Below are positions 36,444-50,779 of a stretch of DNA of 64,000 nucleotides, in pieces. Below the pieces are notes generated by a model. The model was not told the origin of the DNA. It saw nothing but the letters and a program-made list of their open reading frames with translations, and did not search any database. How positions within the stretch are numbered: position 1 is the first letter of the stretch; each line of letters opens with the position of its first letter. Source of the DNA: Utricularia gibba (lineage: Eukaryota > Plantae > Magnoliophyta); NCBI GenBank assembly GCA_002189035.1, contig NEEC01000030.1, positions 317,938 through 381,937 on the forward strand, read 5' to 3'. A program made the position numbers and the translations under genes.

Positions 36444-38234
36444 GTTTCTGCCGCAACTTCATTGAAACTTCAAGATAAAAAGCAATTCAACCAAGCAACG
36501 GCACTTGCTTCCGACCCACATTTGACAAAATTATCCGCTACGACCCAAAAAAGTCATCACCACACCAAATCAGACCACCGAAATCCTTTTTTCCTTACAT
36601 CAGAATACAAAAAAATTAAAAAAAAAAAAAGTAATCCTCAACTCATTTACTCTTCAACCTCCTCTTGACAAACAGTGGTTCAATTAACGCGACTGGGAGA
36701 TGAGCTTTGACTCCAGACTTCTGGACTTGGTAAGAAAGAGAGAGAGATAATGAACGAAATAAAAAAACGCCTACTGCAGGCTGCACAATGGGCACTAGAG
36801 ATGATGACGATGGGGTGTGTAATAGAGAAAGCCTTTCAGTTTCTCTCGCGCTCTCTCTCCCCCCATAAAGCGAACCCTACAGCGTAAAAATAGAAAACCC
36901 GAACACGATATTGCCAAAAAGGAAGCTTTTTATCATCTTTCTCCTTCCTCTCCCCAGTTTCTTTCTCACCATTAAAAAAAACAAAGAAGCAGCCAAAAGC
37001 CTTTGCACGGCCGCAAATGGGTCGGGTGTTGGAATTCGGGTTCTGGCTAATGACTGAAAGTGATGATGTCGAACTCGCATTTCCCCGACGGAAATCATCG
37101 TTGGCCATTAATCATTCCATGCTTAGTAGACCATTGCTCTTTTAAGCCGTCATTCTTTCACACAAATATTCAGCTTTGAGGACTACTTTTGTAACCTCGT
37201 GTCCAAGTCAAATCTATTTAATGTTTTTTAATATTTTGGCAAATTATACGAATATATTTAGTAGAATAGTATAATTAATAATGTATTTGAATTATTCATG
37301 TATTATGTAGTTAATATTAAAATTTTTTTATACATAAGTTTTGAATATATATATATATATATATTTAAAATAACATTATGTTTTGTAGATGTATTTAACA
37401 CTTTATAAATTTTGTTATTTAATAAAATTCATTTAAAAGGTGTATTTTTAAATTAGTTTACCGAACATACATTATTATTAATACACGAATATTTATACAA
37501 TTAAATTAATTTATCAAACACCTCCTAAAATTCATAATGAAATCTATTTATATTTTTTAAAAAAATCTCAATTATCTATACTGGCTTTTAATGTTCACAA
37601 ACGAGTTTTATACCCTTTTGCGTATTATTTTGTATTATGTGCCATAGTCTTTTCAATTTCGCTCTCTCAACTTAATTTCACAAATCAGACATGTAATGTA
37701 TGTGAGTGGGGGCTATATCTTGAGTGAGAATAATAAACCTCCCACCCCTAGGAGGAGGGTGATCCCACACGCACAACACAACGCATTTTCATTTTATATC
37801 TATTTCAACTTCTCGTATGTAGTTGGGATTGATTTAATAAGCAAGCACGCTCGAAACATGGATATATGCCAATAGTTTTATTACGTTAAGCTCAAGAAAT
37901 GGAATGCATTAAATATGCTTTTGTGTGTGGCTTTGTCTTATTTCTCTTCTCCTCTCTTGTAGGGTAGTTCCTTAGTTCCCGTGTGCTTCTTCCCTGAGCA
38001 ACCCACTCGCCACACCTAAAGGTTGCTCATTGCATGTAGGATTTGAAGCCTCATTGTGCGGCCACCACGGAACGATAAGTAGAACAATACTTGGGGCTAA
38101 AGTGAAGGGATATCGACTATGGGAAAGAACGTAATCCTACGCAAAGAGCCTTTGTGAAAGAAGTGTTGACAATCAAGCGATGATCATATAGACGAAATAC
38201 TATCCTACACCAATTTGGTGTTTCATTTGCTATC

Positions 38235-41200
38235 TGTTGTTTTGTGATTAATGCACACAAACGAATTTCCAAGTAAAAACCCCACCATGGGAAAACCTCT
38301 TGTTAGGCTCGAGGATTTACTATGATTAGATACAACACAACTCAATGCAACCACACAGCATCAACCCAGCACCCACTTTTGCTATTGCAAAACTAGTACT
38401 TCAGCAGCCACCTAGACAGAATCTGTTGGATTTGACGATTTGCAAAAAAAAAAAAAAAAAGAAAAAAAAAAGAGAAAGAGCAAGGACTCCTTAGAAGATC
38501 AACAAACTCCCTCCAAACATTCTACATCAATGTCGTAGCTAAGAGAATAAGATAACCCAAATACATATGCCACGTCCCATACCTATTACACTCATTACAT
38601 TTATATTTAATGGTCACGTGGACTTCACACAGCAAAATACAAATACTCATAATGATAAAGCAATTACTTCCTAATCTTCAGGTTTTGCTTTCAATGTATT
38701 TCTTTCACTGATGTATCTTCAATTCTCCACTACGATCTCCATCACTCCCCCCATCGCCGTAGGCTGTTAAACCTCCAAATTCTTTTCCATCTATCACCCC
38801 AATTTGGATCTGAAACCAAGGAATTGGTTTCTCCCTAATGCTTTCATGAGAGGATCTACAATTTGAGAGTGTCCAGGTATATACTTCACTGAGATTTCTT
38901 CTCTTTTAACATAATCTCTAATCACATGGTATCTAATACGGATATGTTTTGCCTTCCCAAAGTGAGTTGGATCCTTTGCAATCGATATTGTTGCCTTATT
39001 GTCAATGCTCAGCGGAGTGTCCTGCATCTATATAAATCCAAGTTACTTAAGAGTTTGCCTCAACCAAATACAATGATTCGCTGCTTGAGTTGCTACAATA
39101 TATTCAGATTTTACAATTGATTGAGCAATCACGTTTTGCCGTTTTGTATACTGGGAAATTGGGCATTAGTTCAAGAAGATGATGAACCCAAATGCACTTT
39201 TTGAATCTTCTGCCATAGCATAATCAGCATCAGAAAAAGCCTTCAATGTAAGTTCTAGACTGTTGCTTTCTGAAGGATAGAAGATTCCAAAATTCATAGT
39301 AGATTTTATGTACCGTAATAATCTCTTGGCTGCTACCATGTGAGTTTGCTTAGGATTTTTCATATACCTGGATAAAACATTTACTGAATAGTAGATATCT
39401 GATCTGGTATGTGATAAGTAGATTAGACAACCAACCATACTTCTATACGTATTTACATCAGCATCCTTTTCACTGTCATCTTTCGTGAGTTGAAGCTTGT
39501 ATTCCATTGGTGTTTTGGCAATATTGGCTTATGATAATCCAAATCTTTCCAGCAATTCTCTGTAATATTTTTTTCTGTGAGGTAAACATTCCTCGATTAG
39601 GAATTTGTTCAACTTCCAACCCCAAGTAGAGAATGACTTCACCCAAATCACTCATTTCAAATTCTTGCATCAGTTGTTTCTTCATTTTATCAAATTCTTC
39701 CACATGGTTGGAGGTGAGCAAAATATCATCTACATAGAGACTCAAAATGAAAACCGATGAGTCAATTTTTTTGTAGTATAGACTGTGATCTCCATGAGTC
39801 TTTGAAAAACCAATAACCTTTAGGTATTTGTTAAATCTCTCATTCCAAACTCTAGGAGCTTGCTTTAGTCCATATAAGGCTCTTTTTAACTTATAAACAT
39901 GATTTTCCATACCTTCTTGTATGAATCCTTCAGGTTGCTCTACAAATATATCCTCTTCCAAGTATCCATTTAAGAATGCAGTTTTGATGTCTAGGTGATG
40001 CACTTTCCACTCTTTTACAGAGGCAATAGCCAGCAGTAATTTCACGGAGTCCATTCTTGCCACTGGTGCTAAAATGTCTTTGTAGTTCACCCCTTGAACT
40101 TGGGAATAACCCTTAGCAACTAGTCTTGCCTTGTAGATATTTATAGATCTATCGGCATTTAGTTTTGTTTTGTATATCCACTCGAGTCCTATTGGTTTGA
40201 AAGTTGCTTCTTTAGGTCTTTCCACCAATTCCCAAGTTCCATTCTTTTCTATTGCTTCAATTTCCTTTTTCATTGCAATTTTCCATTTTCCATCGTTGAT
40301 AGCTTAAGTAAAGGATTTTGGGTCATCCCTTCCCATGCACGATAGGATTTCATAGTCCACCTCATGATTGATATTGTGTAGATCATTTATTGTTCTTGTT
40401 CTTCTGACTGTACGAGCTCTATCTTGGGCTTCTCTGTAGTCCTCATATCCATCATCCTCAGATGAAGATCCTGAATAATTATGATAATTAATATTTTCAT
40501 TATTGACTTCCTCTTGTTCTTCTAATATAGAGTTTCTTGCTCCATTGGCATCAAGACTAGTCTCATGATTTTCATTATTCAGATTTGCTTCCTCTTCTTC
40601 AGATTTATATATAACTTCTTCTTCTCTTTTGGCATTCACATCTGCAGGTAAACAAGAGATTTTATTATTCTGCAGGTATAATAAAATCTTTACCTTCATC
40701 AAAGATTACATGTTTGCTGACAACAATAGCTCCAGTCTCTGGTAATTAAACTCTATATCCTTTTGTTACATTGCCATATCCCACAAAGATGCTGCAATTA
40801 GATCTTTTATCCAACTTTGCTCTAACTGGGGTGGGAATTAGAACATGACAAAGACTACCAAATATTCGTAAATGAGAATAGTTGGGTTTCTTTTCATGCC
40901 ATAATTCATATGCTGTCTTTCCAAGGGTAACTTTAGATGGTGCCTATTCAACAAGTAGACTGCTTTAGCAGTAGCTTCTGCCCAGAAATATTGAGGCAAG
41001 TGTTTTTCATATAATAAATATCTTGCCATTTCTAAGACCATTCGATTTTTCCTTTCAGATACTCCATTTTGTTCTGGAGAATATGGAGCAGTGAGTTCAT
41101 GTATAATACCTTGATTTTTGCAGAAGGCCTTCATTACATGGGAAAGGTATTTCCCTCCATTATCTGACCTTAGGATCTTGATCTGTATGCCACTTTGTTT

Positions 41201-44200
41201 CTCAACCATGGATTTGAATGTCTTAAATATGTCAAAAGTCCGAGCCTTGGATTTTAAGAAATATACCCAGCAGTATCTTGTGAAATCATCTATAAATGTA
41301 ATAAGATATTTGCTGCCGCCTAGAGATGCTTGATTAAATGGGCCACACAAGTCAGAATGTATTAAATTCAGTTTCTCACATGATCTGTTGGTAGACACTA
41401 GATATGCCTTTTTCACTTGCTTCCCTTGTTGACATGTTGTGCACACATGATCAGCGAAGCATATATCCCTGAGTTCCATGACTTCAGCATTTTTTTGCAG
41501 AATACGTAAATTCTTGAAGCCATAATGCCCGAGCCTCTTATGCCATAAATCACTTTCTTTACTTACCGTGAGATGGCATTTCTTCTGCTCATATGTATCA
41601 ATTTTGAGTAGATTATTGGCAACAAACATTGCATTCACAAATATCTTTTTCTCAGGATTGATGATGACACAGTTGGTGATTTTTCCATGCAAATTCCGTC
41701 CCAACTCAATATTGAAACCTTGTTTTATCAACTGACCGAAGCTTATGAGATTCTGGGATACTCTCGGAGCATAGTATACATTCGTTATTTCCAGGAAACC
41801 TTGTTCAACTAGTAAACAAATGTTTTCTATTCCAAGTATTTGAACTCCATCACGATTACAACTATACATGTCCATGCAGTATTCCTTTTTCAATGATGTG
41901 AACAATGATAAATTTGAGCATAAGTGATTAGATGCTCCACAATCAAGATAGCAACCCTTGTCTTTAGTTTTGTTGGTTGTTAATGCGAAATTCAATTCAA
42001 TTGCTTCTTCAAATGTAATTTCTTTTTCTCCTTCAAAGAAAGTGAAATTTGTAGTTTGATGTGAGCTTTTTGCAACTTCATTCTGTTCTATGGCACTTTT
42101 GCTCCTTTTCTTCATGAGACAAACTCTTTCCATATGTCCCAACTTTTTACAATCTGAACAAATAACATCAGGTCTTACCCAACAGTATTTTGATTTATGA
42201 TTTTGTTTCTTGCAATGCTTGCATGCATTAGAGCTTAGTGACTAGCAATCTTTAGATTTGTGATTGATCTTCCCACAATGTCTACAATTTTCTTCTCTGT
42301 TTTGAGTGTCATAGTTCTTAGGTTTTCCTTTGTTCATTGAATCTAATGTTGGAGAAGCTTTCTTGCTGATAAGTGCAAACTCACCTTTCTTGGGTTCCCC
42401 TTCTAAACATATTCTAAAATTAAGCCTTTTTTCCACAGATCCTAGCTCCAAAATAAACTCGTGGAATGTTGGATCTGCAGTTTTCATATACCTAGGTAGA
42501 GTCATTTCTAGCTTCCCCTCAATAAGCTTCCTCATCTTTTCTATGTCTTCAAAAGCAATGATTTTGGCTTTGAATTTACTTGGTAGACTCATGAGTGCTC
42601 TATCAATTACTTTGCTATCATCAAGTTTTTTCTCCCAAAGCTCTGATTTCATTTACCATTCTAGAGCTTCTCTCATAATAATCATTCACAGATTCTCCTT
42701 CCAATATTTTTTTCTCTCAAACTCATCCAACTTGATTTTTAGAAGAAACTTTCTTGATTTCTCATCACCTTCGTACATTTCACTGAGTGCATCCCATATT
42801 TCCTTGGCTGTTGAGTATAATGCAACTTTATCAAACATTGGTTCAGTCAATGCTTGATAAAGTGCATTCAAGGCTTCTACCTTTTTGTCAAAAAGCCTAC
42901 TTGCTTGCTTGATTTGCTCAGGCGTTGAAGCATCCGTAACTCTTGGATCTAGAATATTACTCTCAACAACATCCCACCACTTCTTTACCTGAAAGTATGT
43001 CTTCATCTTCTTTACCCATTTGTGATAGTTGGTTCCATCAAAGATGGGAGGACCAAGATGGTTGCTTTGAGATATTTTGAGACCTTATCTTCTTCACAGG
43101 TTCAAGATGTTTGCTCTGATACCATGTTGGATTTGATGATTTGCAAAAAAAAAAGAGAAAGAGCAAGGACCCCTTAGAAGATCAACAAACTCCCTCCAAA
43201 CATTCTACAGCAACGTCGTAGCTAAGAGAAGAAGATAACTCAAATACATACGCCACGTCCCATACCTATTACACTCATTACATTCATATTTAATGGTCAT
43301 GTGAACTTCACACAACGAAATACAAATACTCATAATGATAGAGCAATTACTTCCTAATCTTCAAGTTTTGCTTTCATTGTCTTTCTTTCACTGATTTATC
43401 TTCAATTCTCCATTGCGATCTCCATCAGAATCCTTACCCATCCATTGCACATTTTTCTCCCACCATGGCTGCCTATTGAAGCCATCACTCATTCCATAAC
43501 TACGATAGACACGTGGGAGGATTGAGTTACTTCTGGCCCGCACCACTGTAGATTTGTTGCAACAATCCCTCCCTTAGACCAGAAATGATTATTCTTTAAC
43601 CCTGGAGTATCAACCCCACCTCTTGCATCAGCATGACTTGCATTGAAGAGGCTAGTACTTTTGTCAATAGATTAGCTAGTTTATGCTCTATTATCACTTT
43701 TCCCAGCTCAAATCTCTGCACTTTGAGCATATCTTGAATCCAATGGTATTGTATATCGATATGCGTTCGAGAGTGATAAGCAACATGTTTACACAATGCT
43801 ATGGCACCTTGAGTATCACACAAAATCAGAACCTTCTCCTCTTGCGATTTTAAACCCACTTGCTGGAGAAATCTATCCAGGCACAATGCCTCCTAGCCAG
43901 CTTCAGTAAGAGCCATGTACTCAGCTTCAGTGGATGAGAGCGCATCACTTTTCCATAGTGTAGATGTCCAAGATACTGTTGCTCCTACTAAAATGGTAAT
44001 TAGGCCAATAGTAGACCTTCTCTTGTCAATGTCTCTAGCAAGATCGGAATCCATGTACACATATGGTTCACAGTTCTTGAACCCAAAACATAACCAGAAT
44101 TATGTTGTGCCTTTAAGGTACCGAAGCAGCCATTTTGCTGCATCCCAATGAACCTGACCATGATTTGCCATAAATCGACTTAAGCAGCTCACAATATAGG

Positions 44201-46200
44201 CAATATTAGATCGTGTACTGGCCACCATGCACATAATTGAGCCAATCACATACGCAAAAGGAAACTGGCTCATTTTGTACCCTTTCTCCCTCAATGTGAG
44301 GGCAGAATCCAACATATAACTTCACGGGTTTACTGTCCATCAATCCAAACTTCTTCACGATCTATTGAATATACATACTCTGTTTGAGGCTCAACTTTCC
44401 AAGTTCCTGATTTCGCATTATATCAATGCCAAGAAATCCATTTAGCAGCACCCCGATCCTTCATCTCAAACTCCTGGCTAAGTTGCTGCTTCAACTTATT
44501 AATCAACCCCAAAATGCGGCTAATCAACAACATGTTGTCAACATACGGTACGAGTATCACAACTCCATCTACGAATCCCTGGAAATACACACAAGCATCA
44601 GATTCAAACTTGAAATAACACAATTTCATCATATAATTTTGATTCCACTACCTTGGAGCATGCTTTAATCCATATAAGCTCTTCTTAAGCTTGCAAACCA
44701 GATGCTTCTTGTTTTCCTTGACAAACCCGGGTATCTACTTTATAAATATCTTATCCTCAAGCTCTCCATGCAAAAATGTTGTCTTTTCATCCATCTGTTG
44801 CAATTCAAGGTACGACGTTGCAACAAAGACTAATAGGATATGTATGACAGCAACCTTGGTGACAGGGGAGAAAATCTCCTTGTAGTCAACACGTACATGC
44901 TGTTTTGCCACACAGACGTTATTTCATCTTCCATTGCCTCAATCCACTTGATCTTATCAGGTACACACATTCGTTCATCCACATTTTCTAGCTCACAAGT
45001 TTATGTAATCAGGATAAAATCTGTTGAAGCATATCTGGTCCAAGGCAACCAGATTTTTGGACGACCGCCTCAATGTTGCACCTCTTTTGATGTACTACGT
45101 TGGTGTGTGATAGCATCGCTTGGCAACACCTTGACATGGGAACCCACTTCTAGTGCAAAATCTGATGAATTGGGCTATTCAATTTGTTGTTGCCCCAGAG
45201 ACTCCAAAGTTAGTTGGATTTCTGTGTTTGCATTTACAGGTTTTACATTTGATCATTTTTTGTCTTCTAAAAACTTCACATCTTTATATCTGACAATTTT
45301 CCTTGCTGCTGAATCCCACAAACGATAGCCAAGCTCACTCTCCCCAGAACCAAGAAAAATACACAGCTTGGAATGATCATCAAGCTTTTTCCTCTTATCA
45401 CTAGGAACCAAAACAAATGCCTTGCATCCAAATACCCTTAAATATTGGAAGCTAACCAGTCTTCCAGTCCACAATTCTTCAAGCACATGGAAATTTAGAG
45501 TAGCCTTCGGACATTGGTTTGACAAATAACATGTTGTCTTTAAAGCTTCTCCCCAGAAGCGATGTTGCAAATCAGCTCCTTTCAGCATACATCTCACATT
45601 GTCAAATTATGTGCAATTAATTCTTTCAACAACCTGATTGTGCTGTGGCATTTCAAGTTCAGTAGCAACTTTCTTTATCCCCACATCTAGGCAGCATCGC
45701 TTGAATTCCAAGCTGCTACACTCACCATCATTATTAGTGCATTGGCATTTTAGTTTGGTTTTTGTCTCCCTTTCAACCATAGCATAAAACTGTTTGAAGC
45801 ATTCAAACACTTTCAATTTTTGAGTTACCAGATAAACCCAGGACTTGCGCATACCATCATCAACGAATGTCAAATAGTGCTTCACTCCTCTTGCAATGGG
45901 TGCATTCAATGGACCGCCCACATCCGAGAAAACTTTAATCTAGCTTCTCTTTACACTCTTGCATAGTGGATCTAAAAGTCACTCTATGTTGCTTGCCGTA
46001 GATGCAACTTTCACACACACTGCAGGCACTCCAAGATTTAAGGCTCCACTATGAACCAATTTCTGAATCCTTGTCTCATGCGACAACTCATAGGATGAAT
46101 CATGCTCCAACGCTTCAATTGTATTTACCACCTCAGGTTTCAGCACTATTTTGTAGCACCGGCCCACTATAGCACCATTTGTCACCTTCATCTAACCCCT
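38235..46200 (-). mobile_element. Older Ty1/copia element (degenerate pol), whose 3' LTR is split by a younger copia
   Basis: Integrase (DVGGP, LTFVDD, PQHNQVVER), RT (TTFLHGELE, PYVDNML) and RNase H (CDTQGAIAL...HIDIQYHWI) at 43596-46200. PPT AAGGGAGGGAT abuts the LTR start at 43564. The LTR pieces are 43433-43564 and ~38235-38423. No gag or 5' LTR found. Confidence 0.75.
38424..43427 (-). mobile_element. Structurally complete Ty1/copia LTR retrotransposon (5004 bp) with frameshifted gag-pol
   Basis: LTRs at 38424-38744 and 43125-43427 (TG...CA). TSD GAATC/GAATC. PBS TGGTATCAGAGC (tRNA-iMet) at 43113-43124. PPT at 38745-38752. Contains gag, protease (YLDCGASNH), integrase (HSDLCGP, RSDNGG), RT (LYVDD) and RNase H (FSDADYA). 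Confidence 0.95.
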
Positions 46201-46368
46201 AATTAATTTTTAGGTCTTGACACCCAAACTATGGTGATATCCAGGAACATCTAGCTCACAAGCAGACAACAGATTCACATGTAGAGCTGGGAGATGGTGT
46301 ATCTCAATCAGCACTACTTGGGCACCCAAATTTGTACCCTCAATATTGGGTTTCTCATAGATATCGCA

Positions 46369-48433
46369 TGTCAGAAAAGAAAAGCGGAATTTAAAATTTT
46401 TTTAGAAAACTCAAACGTAGATCTTTCAATACGGTATACATTACATAAGGTGATTTTGAGAATACCTTTCAATGCACTCCGTTATTCACCAACCGCCAAT
46501 AGTAGATGGCCTCTACAGTATCCACATGTGAAGCACTCCATCAAACCTCCTCAAGGTAGAAGAATGATGGTCGATCTACTTAGGTGCTAGTAGAGAAAGT
46601 TGCCCCTTGTAAATAAATCTCAGAGAGAATGAGGATTTGAAAAATCTCCGTGGATCGAATCTTTTGATAGATACTTGGTAATATATCAAATCAAATCTCC
46701 GTAAACATCTTCTGCTGTAGAGATATGTGTATGTGATGGTGATTCTGCAAGTGAACAGAAACTGTCGAAGTAATAAAATAAGATCTTATCTACAAGGAAT
46801 TATTATTAGAATTTTCTTTTCAAACAAAGACTCAAAAAGACCGAAAACAAAAGAAAGATTTGGTTTTAAAAATAAGAAGAAAAGTGGCATTGAACTTGGG
46901 ATCCATCTTACTCAAAACTCGCCCAAACTTGTGTGTGTAAACCTTGAAGACTGACCTGCTTGCGCAAATTCTGGGGGTATTATTCTAAAATAGTGCTACT
47001 CGGTGACCGTTATAGCACCATCCTTCGTTTAGTGGGATTATGGAATCAACCACGCCACCAGAGCCATTTCACCTCTTGTGATAACCCATGTTTTCCCCAC
47101 ACCCAAATCTAACCCCTACACTTCACACCTCGCAGACAGATTAGACAGAATGTGCCTTACCATCGATGTCCGATTGAGCCTTTCTCCTTAGGTGCTTGAG
47201 TCCAACCTTTGATTCTCCCACACTCCCTTAGGGTTATATGGTACTAAAGAGCACGTTGATAAAGAAAATGTTGCGAAAAACAAAATCAAACCTCAATTTA
47301 AATGTCGAAAAACATAGTAAAACAGTCACACGCGCAGAACTTGCGCAAGCAAGGCTTCACCGCAGATCCTCAGCCGCAAGTGCCTACATGCGCAAACTCG
47401 ACTCAAACATGAAAATAGACACGAAAATAGGAAAGATTCAAAGTAAAAGTGGTCAAAGACGTCTCTAATGGTTGAGAGAGTGAGGTATTTATAGGAGAGT
47501 AGATCCAAGTATTTGTATTGAGCTTATTCGATGGGCTTGGATAAGATCTTCTATCCAAATCTTTTATTCAAATCTTCAAAGATCTTCTTCATATCTCTAT
47601 CGTATCCACGAATTGTGGACCAAATCTTCATTGTTTGATCGAGTCTTGGGTTGAGATTCGTGGTCCATCAAGTCCATAATTTGGTGGGTCTTGATTTCTC
47701 CTCAAATTGATCCAAAAGTACCCTAAAAATTCACAAAATACACTTTCTCTCTAAAAAGATCAAAATAGTGTGAAAGATGCAAAATCAATTGAGAATAATG
47801 AGAAAGTGGAGTTTAAGATAAGTAAAAACAACACTCAAGAGTAGTGGAAGAACATGTTTTGGAACGTCACAAAATCACTTATCAGATCTTTTATTTTGAA
47901 TTAATCAATATTAATCTCAAAATAACTCTTTATTTAATTTATCCATTTTACCAATTACATTTCATGTAATTGTGTCATTTTATTTTATATCGATGAGTGA
48001 CTCTACTATTGTGTGTGACCCTATAGTCTTTTTCAATCAAGTCCGTAATAATGGATTTATTAATTAACTTTTAATTAATGAAATCCATCATTATCGATCA
48101 TGAGTGATGTCTAATCAACATCCACAAATAGGTTCAAGTAATCTCATTACATCAATTGTGAGAACCATTGCCTAAATAATTTAGGAAAATCAATATGTGT
48201 CCGCTTATTCGTATTTGTGATATCCTCATTTTACAAATACTCTAACTAAGGAATTTTTAACTTGAACATAAATGATTAAAGAATCTCACATTATGATCTC
48301 ATCATAATTTCTATAGCACATAGATCAAGTAAAAAATTTTATCAATGATATAAATTTTATCACAATTTAAAGTAAATATTAATAGATAAGATTTGTCAAT
48401 TAGTTAATTGTCTCTAGAACACATACACCAACA
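46369..48433 (-). mobile_element. Angela-like copia LTR interrupted by a family-B LTR
   Basis: Minus-strand start TGTTGGTGTATGTGTTCTAGAGACAAT and end ...AATTTTAAATTCCGC...GACA resemble Angela/BARE-type LTR termini as I recall them; no TSD. Confidence 0.5.
46734..47884 (-). mobile_element. Family-B solo LTR, the least interrupted copy in the window
   Basis: TG...CA termini, homologous to 14120-14340, 22041-22523, 24920-26900 and 50780-51290; no TSD (GTATG vs GATCT). Confidence 0.75.
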
Positions 48434-48666
48434 TTCAAGTCGTCAATACCCATATTTTAGAAACTGAATGGTTGCCCGTCCTCACCGTATTTGAATCACA
48501 TTTCTTGTCATTCAACATCCCTATTTTGGAAGGTGATGCATGAAACGATGGTGCCGAATGAACGAACCATGAATTACTCAATCATGTTTCCCCTACCTCC
48601 GCCACTAACAGCACCAATACGGATCTATGTGCTATAGAAATTATGATGAGATCATAATGTGAGATT
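48282..48666. repeat. Perfect 45-bp inverted repeat with a 295-bp spacer
   Basis: 48282-48326 AATCTCACATTATGATCTCATCATAATTTCTATAGCACATAGATC is the exact reverse complement of 48622-48666. Confidence 0.95.
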
Positions 48667-50779
48667 TGGACAAGCATATGTTAGTGGCATTATGGGGTTT
48701 CAATATTCAGCTATAGTAAAAAATGGGATATCAACTTTTCTAAGTTCTTAAGCTTCGAAAATCAATTAGTATCATCTATAACTAATATTAAAATAGTAGA
48801 AACAAAAAATACCTAAAATAAAAAGGATTGAATATTAAATACATTTAATATGTCAAAACTTGGGAACTAAATATATTTGATACATCAAAATTTGAAACTA
48901 ATTATGCAAATGAGGATTCAATATATCATTTTTCATAAATGCCGCAATTTTGCCAAATTTTTGAATAGTTGTTCTATGCTAGAAATTATTTCACATTCCA
49001 TAGCAATTGAATTTCTCTGTTCTTCACTTCTTTCTTTTCTTCGAAGATTTCATTGAAGAGTGATCCAAGCCTCTCTTGGAGGTTTCTAGTAATTGATAAA
49101 TGAAAATTTTTGTAATATTTTAAAAAAATATGAAATCTTTAAATCAAATAAATTTTATAAATTCAATTTACATAAGATCACTTTCAGAAATGAAAGTGTA
49201 TAGTGTAATCAGAATCAAACGTAAAAAGCTATTGCTTGTAATGTGCTTTTTAGATGCAGAATTATCAAAGAATTTCACTTTAAGTCTTAGTATGAACTAA
49301 AAGTTGCATACAAATTCAGTAAACATAATTAAATGTAAATGTAAGAAATAACAAGTTCGGATTTGACATCAAATAAAACAATGATGCCTTCAAGTTGATT
49401 TAAGTGGTGTGGTGAATAAATTCAGAAATCCAAGCTACATCTTTACACATATACAACTCAAATAATTTAAGTTTATTTGGGTTTTTTCCTAGATTTTTCG
49501 GTTACAATATTCTCTAGTATCCACACACCTATTCATGAAATAAATAAAACTAGGTCCCTCAATTTATAAGTTTCTATCCAAGAATATTACCTATTTTACT
49601 CATCTCTATTCTTTACTCTACCTTCAAATGGATTTTTCCAAGCTATATTTTAAATTATTTTACTCCTTCAATCTACTCGAGATATGGTAAAATAAATTAA
49701 AAAATGTGTAAAAATGTAGATCAGAATTAGAAACATGAATTCCATACCACATTTGCACACCTAAAGGCATCTCATATAACTTAGACATATTGAAAGTAAA
49801 TGTATAATTTCACAAACTTAGTCTACTCTCATTTGAAAAACTATGTTGTGAAAAATATACTCTTTTTGTCTATTTCCGTTTTCCAAAACATCTATTATAT
49901 CTGAATTATGTACTACTAATACCTTAAACCTAAAAACTAGTGGCAAAGATAATCCTTTATGCCACCCCTTCATGTAAATGCCTCCTCGACTTGATGTACC
50001 TAATTCCAGCATGATTTGTATGCTAATCATGCCGTTGAGACTTAACTAAATGTTCATAAACAGAAGGTGGATTAAATCAATAGGTTTAGTCCCCTATACA
50101 CCCAAACTGCGAAATAATATAAATAACATTAAAATATTAAAAAATCACACATAAAACACCTAAATTATAAGAAAATCTAATTCAAAGATAATTGTTAAAG
50201 TACAAAAAAATATACCATTATCATTGCCTATGGTTAATTATTTTATACTCAGCCAGTTTTATCTTTGATTTCATTTTTCTCTCATTCATTTGCGTAATTA
50301 AATAAGGTGGGCTTGTGTGATTGGACTTTTTTTAGGTCCAGATTGTATGAGTTCAAATCCAGTATTACTAATACTAATTCTCTTACCCTTTTTTTCTTTA
50401 TTTTTCTTTTGCAAGGGATCAGGTGTTCCATCTTCCAGATCAGCTAGAAATTTGTCTCATATTCATCATCATCATCCATCATAAATCAACCTATTCGAAC
50501 AATTTACCTTAAATTATGATAAGCCACCAAGTACTGAAAACTACATTGTTGGACATAGGCTTCATTTTAATAATATTTTAAATCAAGAGCATTATGCTAA
50601 CCCCAACATTAAATTTAAATAATATTTTAATCTTAGAATTTTAAGGCTTCGTTTTTGAAGTAGTCCTTTTCAAAATAAAGGATTGGATATATAAGCCTTT
50701 AATAATATTCTAGTATTTTAATGTTAGAATTTTAAAAATTTCATTTTTACATTTATTTGATTGTTTGGAAAAAGCGTAT

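Noticed and set aside
36836-37108. Possible uORF or small gene upstream of the RLK
   Set aside because: Low-complexity UTR/promoter-like sequence with no recognisable homology; cannot be supported without transcript data.
37260-37530. Tourist-like MITE (TCAAACACCTCC-TAA at ~37515)
   Set aside because: No convincing matching left TIR.
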